Shown one piece after another: positions 24,201 to 36,660 of a stretch of DNA of 58,927 bases. Positions within the stretch are counted from its first letter, which is position 1. Each line of letters begins with the position of its first letter. This DNA is from Catajapyx aquilonaris. Its lineage: Eukaryota. A program made the position numbers and the translations under genes. The notes beneath the pieces are model-generated. The model searched no databases and was not told the DNA's origin. It saw only the letters and a program-made list of their open reading frames with translations. The DNA lies in contig KZ538613.1 of assembly GCA_000934665.2 (NCBI GenBank), positions 1-58,927 on the forward strand. The letters are read 5' to 3'.

Positions 24201-27200
24201 GTAGATTGGTTGCAGAGCAGGTCAAAGTACAGTGTGTTTCTAAATCAAAAGCCAGACATGGGATACTGTATGCGTCGGACTGGGCAGACTTGCAGGTGGT
24301 TTCGCAGGCTAATATTTAAATTAGACTAATCCGAGCAGTTTTGACAGTCTGAGTGGTGCCTTGTCTATTTTTAAGGTGAAATTTAGGCTTCATTTCATTG
24401 CTTGACGTCAGTAACTGGCTAGTGTGTCGTACTATCTGGTGAAAAAATAGGGATGTTTAACTTATAAAGTGGTCGCGAGCATTGACAGTCGGTCATCTCC
24501 GTCACAAATCCGAAATAGCCGAGGTCATCTTAGAACAATTTTGTCTCGGAAATTTGCAGATAACCTTGGTTAAAGAGAGAATGCTTGCCGCTTCCACCAT
24601 TCGGTATAGAGTCTATAGACTATGGTGCACTGTTTGTTTTACAAATCCACTATTGACACTGAACTGAGCTACATTACCACCTGAAAAGTTGGCACAGATG
24701 ATTGACACTTGACCTCATTTTAAGCTCATGCATGAAATAGAGAGGACAATACTGCTAAAAATGGTTCTATTCCATATGCCCACATTGTGTACGTGTTAAA
24801 AACGAGTTGTTACTCCAATAGTCAAATTTATAGAATAATTGGTCTACCTGCATTGCGGTTCTTGCAGGTGTCTCCAATTTTCGCGACACCCAGTGCCCGT
24901 GAAGCACCAAAGGCCTCCACTTTGCCTGTGTCACATAGATCAAAAAGCCGCAGGAAAAAAAAAAAGTTGGTAGTACCATCAGACGCGTGGAAAGTTGCGG
25001 ACTATCCACGCCCCTATCGGTCGAGCACGAGTCAATTTCCAATTATTTTGCTCATCGCCAAAAAAAGCCTACAGGACAAGAGTCAGATGGATATACCCTA
25101 GTAATTGAAATTTCCGGTCCAACTGATTGGTGATGTCAACCCGGTGTCATTATTATGACAAAGGCACACGGCATGGCGTACAAATGCAGATGAAAAAAAA
25201 GGAACCGCCCTGGGCATGGTCTTGCATCATGTACATGCTGATGCTGCAATTTCGTCCATATGTTTTTTATTATTGTAAGACCTGTAATCGTGTTACTGTT
25301 GACCCCGAATTGTTGATGACATGCGGCCGGGATACTGATTTTTTTTTTTGAAGCAAAATGTGACAAAAATCGCTGCACCTTTCAAATACTGGGATGTGCG
25401 CGAGCGAAATAATGGTTCCACGCGATATCTTTGCGATTCCTGGAAAGCGGGACCGGATTTTCCGAGGCAGCGGAAAATTAGCATGTCAATTACTGGCGGA
25501 AACCGCAGCTGCGAAAAAGCGTGCTTTATGAGCGAGTCGCTTCCTAGCTTAATAGCGCGCGGCAAAAGCGCAGGGGTCTCTCTTTCGACTGCTTTGTATG
25601 CGCAGATAAACCGCAGGTTTTCCAGAAAACGACGTTATTGAGCAAACAGCGCCACAAAAGCAACACAGAATGCCTCTCCATGATCCATCGTCTAGTGACA
25701 CTCATTCTAAAGACTCATTGAGACTTGCCTTGAAGGGGTGGGAGAGGGGGGGGGGGGGCTATAAAAAAGAATCAGATTCCCGGCGAGGTATAAGGTCAGA
25801 GCCGGCCTAGGACGTGACTCGAATGACGAAACAGCAAAGACGGACGTCCTTGACTCCGCCTGATAGGACATATGCTGACCTGCTTTAGGAGTGACCGGAG
25901 GGGTCAGTTTTTTTACAAATTTCAGATGGGTGCAACCTGGCTCATTAACGTGTTCGGGTGAGCAAGCGAAGGACATGGCGTGCAATTAGTAGCCTGATGC
26001 CAAGTAAAACCGCATACAAAATGTACTTGTACATGTGAAAATGTGTGTAGATCTGCTATTTTATAGCGGTCGATCGCAGTTAAGAAGGATTATAGCTTCC
26101 AATAAACACTAGTTGCTACCTGCCTAAGGGGGAAGGGATGCGAAATATAAAGATCAGGTGGGATGGGAGCTTTGTTAGCACACCTTTTGCGGTGTGGTTC
26201 AGGAAGGAGTGTTGTATCCTGCGTGATACCAATTATGCAACGAGGCTGGTTCATTGCCAGATTGCATTCAGAGCATGGAATTTGGCTAGTGACGCATGTT
26301 GTACGGTTGGGTGACTTCCATTCGGAGTAATAAATATGCGGATTTTTTTTTTGTATATTCGGGAATATTTATGGTAATGAATATTATACTTGGGAAATAA
26401 GAATTTCAGCCGCGCCGTTTGTGCAAGAGGCGAGCACACCATTAAGTAATTGCCACAGTATAAATGACTCTTGAGATATTCACTAAGCCACTCTGATATG
26501 CGGGAAGTTTGCAGTTGGCGGAAGCACATGATCCACTGTTTATTTACCTACAGGCACGTACTCTCGGAAGAAAGGGGGGGATCATGGCAACAAAATAATT
26601 AATGAACTAACGTGAAGAGAAAAGGCACGAAGTATTTCCGATTGTTGATGCCACGAAGAGTATGTTGCTGACGGCAGGCATCTCGGACTTTAATCGGGGT
26701 ATCGATCCCTGAAGCTCTATAGGCTTCACCGTGCTGTTCTTGCAAGACCTTAAGCAGATTGATTCAGAATAGGCTGGCACAATATTCAAGGAGGCTAGGG
26801 CCATGTTAGGTCGCCACAGTGAGGGCCTCTACCTGCTGGTGGTGGAAATATATATTTTTTGCATAGTCATAAAGTAATAATCGGCTGAGTGCATCGGACG
26901 CGTGAGAGAGGTGTTACTTTCTTATTGGAAGTGAATTACATGCGGCGGGGGCAGCAAAAGCGTGTTATATGGAGTGGCATGCAGTTGCAGTGCACATCGG
27001 GTGGTATAAACGGCGTCGTAAATAAATTATGTATCAATTTTCCAGATCAGGGGTAGGGGGGAGAGTTCGAAAGACATTGGAGATGATTCAGTGGTGATCC
27101 CGCGAGTCAATGTTGCGCTTATTAAAATCACAATCGATTAATTTCTGACCCGATTGCTAGTCACGGGCGATAATGAATTGATCAATCAGTTGGTGTCGGC

Positions 27201-29870
27201 GGTCATGTTTTCATGTCATTACACTTGAGATTGGGGCTTATTGAATGCGCAATGACGGGTCTTAATTAATGGCGCTAATTCTTTATATAAGTTGCATATA
27301 AAATTAGCGGGAGTCCAATACCCTGGCGCAAGCTGTTGCTAAATATTTACATAGCAATGCTGTATGTTGTTGTGTTCGGAAACATTTTTTTCCTGGATAG
27401 CAATATTTTGATTGCTTAACACTAATCATGCGCCAGTCTTTAAGCGGATTGCAGATGAAGTATAAATATAATATTAATTTCATATATGCATGTGCAGGAC
27501 TTGATGTTTGTTTTTATATGTATGGTAATAGAGCTGTAGCTTTGACAATCAAAACCGCACATTTTAGAGCGCATCATAATGAATGGGAGCTCCCCCCGAT
27601 TTACAATTTCAGAGAAAACGATTCGCAACAACCCTTTTGGGGATATTTTGCAAAATTGTATAACATTGAATAGTGCTGCAATTTGTATTTTTTGAATTGT
27701 AACACTGCGCACGTGACCGATTTTAAAAATGGTATTTGAGTCCAAACTCTGGATTTTAAAATCATTCTGCCCATTTGAAATGTGGCAATCAGCTCTACTC
27801 CGCTATCGGCTCCAAAAAATGTGGCCGATATATATATTTTCCCCCCAAAAAGAGCAGCGGTGCCCATCCTCTACAATAGCTACACGGCAGGTGTTTCCTC
27901 CCCATACAATTGAATGGGATAGGCCATACAATACCTTTGGGGTTGTGAATAGCACGTGAATTCCCGATCGTCATTCATATTGCATCGGCAATGTACCGCT
28001 TATCAGGCCCCCCAGTTATAATATCGGGCGATTTGGCCATTATTCATGTTGACGGAGCTAATTATTAGCAGACGCCTGGTCCAAGAAGTTCCATTCCCTT
28101 GTTTATTCTTGCTGCTTTGGCCTGATGGAGTTGTCCGCTTTCTTACGTTTTGCGCCAAATTGGGGGCCTCTTTCGCTGCTTATCTAATTAGCTTGCTTGA
28201 TGGATGTGTTGAAATAGAGGCCAGCACAGCCCCTGGCTGCAATGTTCGGTTAAATATGAAGGGTGATGGGCCTATCTAATCTACACTTATGGCAGGCAAT
28301 CTCCTGGGCAAGTAGTGTACATTCTGGTGATAAACTTGGGCTGCTGCGGGTTTTTATTGCGTGAAGCTGAAACCCGGTCAGCAATAGTTTTTCAAGGTGT
28401 ACTGTTTATAAAATTGGTGTAAATAATAGTGCGCAGGAAACGGGCTATGTGCATGGTAGCATGTTAGGCGTCGGTCCATTAGTGCTAGGGGTTCTCAACC
28501 TTTCCCCGGCGTGCATGACCATATTATTATTTTTTTTGCTGACGAAACACTCAAGGCAAATAAACTTGATAGCGCTACAGTAGTACACCTTCCTGGCACT
28601 GGGTTTTGTTTATTGTCTCGCCCGATTTATATGTTGTGGACATACCGGTCTCCTCCGGACGCTAGTTGATTTTAATTCATTGCGCAGGTGCACAAAGGGA
28701 AATAACGAGCTCCTTTGCTATTTATTTGCTACCACACTTTATTGATTCATTTGCATAAAGTGCGGGTGATTGGCGGTATACACAGGCACGTGTCGTATAG
28801 TCACCACCCAAAGCTAATATAATATGAGATGTAATTGATTTGTTCTCATTGCGTGCACTATTGGGTTTCATAAAGCCATACTTTTGCGTCTGTTGTTTTG
28901 TATCTATTTTTCAGAAGCTCTATACGGTTATTAAGTTAGTTCAAGGAGAAACTTTCATTTCCTGTTTTCTCAAAAGTAACATTTCTTGTTATTGCGGAGA
29001 GCTACTCGATTATATACGTATACAGGGAAAGGAGCTGCAACAGCCTCACTGACGTTGGTTTTGTTAGCAGAATACTCAACTAGCTGCGGAATCCATATTA
29101 TCTCGGCATCTAACTTTAGGGCCGAGGCAAGGCTAAGCCTTGGGAGAAGAAAGTGTGACAAAGTGTTTCCCGTGTTTGAAAATTGCGCTAGTAATTGGAT
29201 CGATGTCGCGGATGCAAAATGGTGGAAGCTTGCAGCATTGTTCAGAGAGCCAAGACTCGTTGATTGATCCCGGTGAATTTTCTGTCACCCCATACACACT
29301 CGGACATGTTGTGTCCATGGGGACCTCGGGCCGAACCGATTGACACGAAACGGGGGGGACGAGTTGTTGCAACATCATGGTTTATGGATTGTTGCCAAGG
29401 CTGGGTAGAGTGCAACAATGCGCACGTGCGTATCGATCTGTGCGTGTCTTCCTTTATTTTTTTCCCCCCTCAACTGTTCCTTTTTGGGGCTTTGAGAGTG
29501 ACAGAAAGTTGCGGAGGGAATGGGGAGATGTGAAGTGGGGACTTGATTGATGTGCCGGTAACGCCCCATCGCAGTCTGCATCATTCTTGCTGGGGCTAAA
29601 CTGTGACCATAATAATGAAGGGTTCATCTAATGTTATCTGCCGGGACGCGGGAATGAATCTGGCGCATTCGCAGGCTATTACTATATTAGTCTGGTGTGT
29701 AATTGGATCGATACGTGGCGGATAGTATGAATAAATCCCATCACGGACAGCTCCGCGTTTAAAAGGTGTGCTTTGCCTTGTATGAATTTGGTAGGCGGAT
29801 AGTTATGTAGGAAAGTACACCTTTGTAAGCTGATTATATTCGCAATTAAACGAGCGCGACGTAAGTAGGA

Positions 29871-30026
29871 ACGGTCAGCTAATCAGAATGCGCCTTGCTG
29901 CTATACGGGTGACCAATGAGGTGGCGCCACGTTGCGCGTGTGGTGTTGCGTAAGTTACGGTCAGCTAATCAGAATGCGCCTCGCTGCTACGGGTGACCAA
30001 TGAGGTGGCGCCACGTTGCGCGTGTG
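29871..30026. repeat. Tandem duplication of a ~70-bp unit (period 86) containing CCAAT-N9-CCACG
   Basis: Units 29871-29942 and 29957-30026 differ by one substitution and a 2-nt indel. Confidence 0.95.
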
Positions 30027-33000
30027 CCGTTACGGTTGTGTACGGCGATTGCAGCGGAGTGAAAAGGGGTTTTCCATCCTAAATGCGCACCATGTTTCAC
30101 TTCGCCTAACTTCAGCGGCAAACTCGTGTCTTTTTTCACTCGTGCAGTGCAGCCTCCCGGTCCCCTCGAATTTGGAAGCACTCCAACGTAGTTTTGGCAG
30201 GACACAGCTCCTATGTTGAACGCGGCTGTTTAGGCGGGAATGTGAAAATTGCATTTGTTACCCTCGAACCTGCGGTTGGTAGTGTCCAACTATGTGATCG
30301 GCCCTTTTTTTGCACATATTTTTGTAAACAATACAGACATGAACTCATAAAGTTGGGCCCAGATGTATTATCCATGCCCTTATAAATCTGGTGGGGTACA
30401 CATGCTCGACCGTATTGTGACGCTAGTTACTTGTCAAACCCGACTGTTTGCGAATATTCATGCATATACATACGGTGACGGCGTTAAATTTTGAACTATT
30501 TGTGTAAACACGTAGGAGGCGTCAGCCTGCCACGGAGTACCCCGTTTAGTACTACGAAACCACTGCGAAACGTCACTTTTGTGGGTAGCGGTCGTGGATA
30601 TGGCCTCTATTCAAGGAGTTCGATGAAGGCGGGCTCCACGTGTGCTGAAGCATTGTACATTCTCGGCATTCTCTCATAGAATTCCACATCAGACAATGCG
30701 TCTGCATTTCATAAGCAAATGGTGCTGTTACGTAAATGTAACGACGGATATGTTTTGATCGTTAAGGCTGTCCATGATGTGGTTGTCATGTGAGCTGTGA
30801 TATGGTTGGGGGATTGAGGCCGGCGTGACGGACCTGACGTCACGCGCGATAATCTGAATTTTAAATGGTACGTAAATTTAAATCTTAATCCGTGTGACTG
30901 GTGCGTGAGCTTACATCCAATTTTTTTAAAAAAATATAGAGTATAATTTGAAATATATTTTCATGGATGTCTCACAAGTCACTTGCTGGGGAGTTAGCTT
31001 CTTAGTAGTTAAAAAATATTTCCCACCCACAGCTTTCTACTATTGAAAAAAGACAAGAAAAAAACTTGAAGGAGTTAGGGGAGGGGGGGTTTTGGAAAAT
31101 TGCTTTTCCTGCCGCAAGCTCGCCTGGAGTTCTCTATGGGAGACCGGCGAGTTTGGGTAAGTTGGCATGGATGCTGCAGAGTGCAGACGATTCCACTCTG
31201 CTACTCAGATCGATAGTTTGGGAAAGATAAATGAGTGGATGTGACAGTCGTGTGCTGCACCTACCTTTTGCCTTTTGGCCATTTCTTCGTCTGGGAGATG
31301 CGGTCATCAATCAGGGGAGGCTTCAACCTTCTGTGGGGGATGAAATGAGCGGACCACGTGATGCACAGTTGTGTAACCACGTGGTTATAGATTTTTCATT
31401 ACAAAATATTGCGATTCATATCCGGATTTTGATCTTCGCAAGTGTTTCGCACGCGATGGAGCCCCCAAGGTTATCTGAGATGTGAAGATGGCTGGGGTAT
31501 GGGGGGGAAAAAATGGTTTACGGTCGGTGATTCGAACCAGTCCTTGTCTGCTACCCGAAGACGAAAGTTATAGGCATAGTCGCCGGGGTAGTGGAGCGTA
31601 AATGAAGCCGAGCCGGTTTTTGGCGGCCGTATTTGTCCGCAAGAAAATGTCGAATCAGTGTTAAATTACTGAGCGCGCTATACAATATGTTTCCTCAGAA
31701 CTGTTTAAACAGCTCGACTGCAATGCAGCTGTGCAATTACGCTTATCAAGCAGTGGTCAAGGCTGTATGCAAAGTTAATCAGTTTTTAGCCGAGTTGCAT
31801 TAATTTTTTTTATTTACTTTAAATGTAGTAGCGACCGATTTTTTTTCTAACAGTTTGAATGTACGATGTGTGACCGGTGCTTACGGTATTGCATTAGGAC
31901 GAGTGGACTATATAGGGGGGTACCCTCCCCTATTCCCTCCCCACTTTTGAGCTTGTGCTCGCCAGTTTTCGATAGCAGCTCGGAAGGGGTATGGATGGGA
32001 GTGGTAGGGAGTGGCGTCGACACACAGAACTGTATGTTTAACTGTCGGAGTGGACGTGATTCATGCAGTTTGGAAGGGCCCTGGTGGCAGTCAGCGTGTA
32101 ACTATTGATTACAAAAGCCAGTTGCTCACAGGCCATGCAACTCTATGCCAATAAAAAAAAGAGGAGAAAGACGAGCCTTATCATTTGCCATCGTCGAGTC
32201 TGATGACTGATCATTCCTAGTCAGGCCAGGAATTTTTTGGAGGGTTGAATTGAGACGAATAGTTGAATCGGTATTATTCGGATAATTGGAGGATTCGCAA
32301 CCTGCAGTGTTTCAATTTCTTCAGGCCAGGTTTCGTTTTTTTGGCGCGTGTATTGGGGGGGGGGGNGCTAGTGGGGGGAAATGAAATATTGACCAATCCT
32401 TTAGCTCCTGTTTTCCTGCCGAGGCGAGAATTGGGATAGAGTTCGGGGCGTGTCGCGTTGCAACCAATGGCGTGAAAGACCACCAACGATGCATTAATCA
32501 TGTCAGGGCAATGGATGCTCACCATTCTACTTTTATAGTTACCAGCTGTGTTGTTAAAAATAGTTTTCGTTAAAAAAGTGGCTCGTGCATATGCTCACCT
32601 ATTTTAATTTTTTTTTTAAATTTAGCCTATTCCACACATTTTTATTATTATAATATGCTATCGATAGATTTTATTTTTTTAAAGCTGTATTTTGGGTTTC
32701 ACCTGGGGAGATGCGGCAGATGTCTTGCCCCTAACCCTTTGACCCTGATAGCCATTCGTCACTTGCACATGGTGTGCCAGCTGCCCAAATTAGCATTAAT
32801 CGTGTATATGCGTCTTAAGAAAATGCAACGCCTTCGCAGGTCCCCGTTAAAAGCAGATTACAGGCTGTCTGAAGAAAAGAAGATTAAGCGGCTTGGCGCG
32901 TAACAGTTTTTCATAAGGCAATTATTCCCGGATCTGTAACTAGGGAATTCAAGGAGGGACTATGTTTATACGTGTTATCGGTGTTTTTCAGCGATAACAC

Positions 33001-34100
33001 CGCTATCGAACAGGCATTGTTTCAATTTATAGTCACGGAGATCCCCGGCACATTTTTGCTGAATCTATTGCAGAATTAGCGATGTAAGTGCGTCACGACT
33101 GTAGGGCATTTTTTTTTTCCTCCACTTTCTTCCAGAGTGAAAGTTAGAGCCTGACATTCCTAGCCCAAGGAATGGGCATCGTTCTTCAAAAGCTGCTGCC
33201 AAATCGGATACGGCAAAAAAAAAAAACATGGGTGTGCTTGAGGCGTGCAAACTTTCCATCCACTGCGGGAGATTATTATTTTTAAACCCAGTTTTTTCAA
33301 ACTGGGAACTGAGAGCGAATTTGTTTGAAACTTTTAAAAAATGCATATTACTGGTGGATTTTTTTTTTTTTGGTGGCAATTGGCGACATGTTTTAATACG
33401 TGAAAAATTGCAAGGGCGAAATTGGCAATCAGAAGTTGCGGAGGTTTCGCAAGAGCTGGCAGCGTTCCCAAGGCAAATGGCAGCCTCCCCCGGTATTTTT
33501 CTGTTTGTTTGTGTCTTCGCGAGTGTCGCAGACTTATTCCTGCTCCAGCCTGCTAAAAAATCTTTGCACATGGTTTCTTCCGTGACCTAGAGTCGCGCTG
33601 TGCAACCAGTTTACAGCGGACCACACAATAGTGCATTAAAATGCACGGCCGATGTGGAAACTTGTACAAAACACTAATGGGAATAGTTAATGATTCAGGC
33701 GGTTTGGCTGAAGTCGTACATACAATGTTGCAAATGTTCTGGACCATTGTTTGATATCGTTTCGGATCGGATTGCGATCGTAGAATTCCTACACAAGTGA
33801 CGTAGGTCTAGGCCAAACTGGTTTGGGAATTGGGGTCAAGGGTTGCCGTTATATTAGTACCAGTTTCATACCCATTTTTAAAGAAAACTGTGCTGTTCTA
33901 ATCCAAACGAGCGCATATGCATCGTAGTTTCATATACCGCGTGCCAGCACCTGCATGTGGCAATTACACGTTACAGTATGCGGCTGATACAACATGTGAT
34001 ATTAGGAGTGATTAATGCCGTGACTTGTATGAGAATGACCCCCACGGAATATGCGCCTGGCGGTAATAACAAGTGTCGGAGCCCGAGTTCGAACGTCGGT

Positions 34101-34120
34101 ATATATATATATATATATAT
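34101..34120. repeat. (AT)10 microsatellite
   Basis: Read directly from the sequence. Confidence 0.9.
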
Positions 34121-36636
34121 GGCGTGGGGGTTTGCTATAGTTTTCACGGTCGTTACGTGCAAGTTTGGGTTTCGGGATGACTAAACTGAAGTCGTGCAAT
34201 TGGGCCCAAAAAGCTCCGTGCTGTATAATGTTTCACGGCTGGAGTGAAGCGAGGGTGATATTGCCACGGAAGACTCGTTCATAATGCGCCATGTTATATT
34301 CACTCTTAGCAGTGTGTAATTCGCGGAGTTATTGCTTCATAAAGCTGAACGCTCGGGCCGTAACACCGGCAGCGCTGTATGTACACTACATGCGGAATGT
34401 CTTGCAATCGGGGAATGCAAATGTGCAAAATTTCTCTCTCTCCAAGATTAATCCCAGATTATGCAAGTTTTCGGTCGCGTTTTGTGCGCCCAATTGTTTG
34501 AGCGGGTGAAAAACACATTGTGGTGCACGTGTGTGGATTGTGCTCATATGTTTCGAAGTGAGTGAGGTCAACTGCGGGCGTTGTTCAAGTTTTGCCGGGG
34601 AGTTGAGCCGCGCGCGGCGTAAATAGCCCTGCTCGTTTCCCCGCGAGAGATTGACTGCGCGTTTTGCTTCCCCGCACTGTTCACCAGGGCTCTCGTAAAA
34701 CTCTAATCTGCTCGCGAATCAGAAAATAGCTCCCCGAAATTTTCCCAAAGCCGCGTTTTAAGAGCCACCCGGACCCCCGGTAATGGTTGTTCGATTATCG
34801 AATTGCTATTGCGTGTCAAAATACATTGCTTACGGTTGTTGTCGCGTGTACATGGCCGTATAGTGAGAGTAATCGCTCATTTTTGGTGTCGGCGACAAAG
34901 GAACGTGTGTTTCCTTGAAGTGGGCTGGTTATGCCAGAACTTCGCCGGAATGTGGCAAGACTGTAGTTAATGAAGATGCCATGCCACTTTCTTTCTCGAC
35001 TCATACTTCATCCAAGAGTTTCGCGCGGATTATTGCATGGCTCGTGTATACAGTTAGGAAAGCCACTCGCTTCCCATTGGATATGTAACAATGTGCTGAA
35101 AAGGAGTTCAGCAACCTGAAGATGCGGCCAAGGATGGCGAGGTGTGCCGTAAGCTTCCGGTCATGTTTATAACCATTTAATGTACCCAGGGTATATAGGA
35201 TGCTGGGGACATATCCGGGAGCATCATGGTGGATTTCCACCTGTCGGCCTTGATGGGCAGGCCATCGATCGGACATGTTGGGCAGCAAGGCGCAGGTGAA
35301 GTTGAGTGGTGGCCATCCGGATAGATTACGAGCAGGGACTGATGAGGGACCGGATCTTGAAGCATGATCAACACGTGTGCGGATCCGGAAAATTTCAGGG
35401 GGGGTAATCGTGGATTTGTGCTAATTTTTTTTGGGATGCAACAGGCACTCAATATGGTTTGTCAAGGCGTTTTGTTGAAGAGTAATAGAGCTTTCCGCGC
35501 CGATTAGCGGTTCCAAGGTGGGGAGTGTTTTCATAAATCCCAGCCGCATTAACGTAGGCCTAATAAAGTAGGGTGTAAACTTAATTAGAATGGGAGCGAA
35601 TGGCGTTGGAAGGATTATAGCAGGCGTGCCATCCTTGACACTGGCCACACTTGTTCTGTAGGGTCACCTGGGCTTTACAATGCCGACCTTGAAGCATACG
35701 GTAAGGCTAACCATTGGAATTTGTGTCCTAAAAATTTATTATGAAAACGTGACATTTTTTTTCTTCATTTTTTACCCTGTGGTGAAGTCCCCAAGCGAGG
35801 CGCGGAAAATTTGGGCACACCGTTCCGCCAGCTATCGATTGGTAATCGCTGTAGCCAGGTTTATCAATTTCGCATGGGAATTTCCGCGCGGTGTTCACAG
35901 CTTGCGAAATTTACTTCTTTTTTCACCACCCCTGCGATCGCGGCATGTATCCATAACATCTGCTATCGCACATTCTCCTTTGATCTGCTTCTACAGCACA
36001 TTTTGCAGCCGGTTGAATTAAGTATTTCAATAAATTTTTTAAACATATTTAATTGTTGAGTAAGTCTGGCGACTTGTTTTTTTTTGTGCCGACCCGAACC
36101 TAATCTAGAGGCTGATGTACCTTTGGGTAAAACTACCACAACTGGCAGAGAAAGGACCGGGTTCTCTCCAATAGGGTTCAATGGGTTTAGATGCAAAGCC
36201 TTCAGTCACTTAGGAGACATCCTCCCCCGCTTCCATACCCTCGTCCTAAAAAAAAAAAAAACCCCTGCGAAAAAGCTTATGGGGATCGATACGCATCCCC
36301 AAAACTGCGCAGGGTTGTGCCTTTTTTTTTTCCAGTCTTCGGAGGGACCGGTTTTTGTAGCGTTTTCCTTGTTTCGCTCCGACAGCAGTCTTTTCATTGG
36401 CGATGCTCTTTGAACTAAGCAGAGAGAGGCTCTTTGGGAAGCTCGGTTCCGCCCGGTCGACGAGTACTTGGTAACCTTGTACGGCGGTGCAGTTGCCGCG
36501 ATGCTGTGATGCTGCAGGGTACTTGCCAAGATATCAAGGTCTGGGGAGGGAGAGCTCTCAGGGTCGTTACAGTATGGAACATGACATACAGCCTGCGGCC
36601 AACGGGGGTCTTTCCGGGGCCGGCACCAATGACCAT

Positions 36637-36660
36637 AATATTAGTCACGTGACTAATATT
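36637..36660. repeat. Perfect 24-bp palindrome centred on E-box/CLEAR GTCACGTGAC
   Basis: AATATTAGTCAC|GTGACTAATATT, no spacer and no mismatch. Confidence 0.95.

Noticed and set aside
26607..26850. Protein-like text on both strands
   Set aside because: The + frame has two stops and the - ORF is short; no supporting splice structure.
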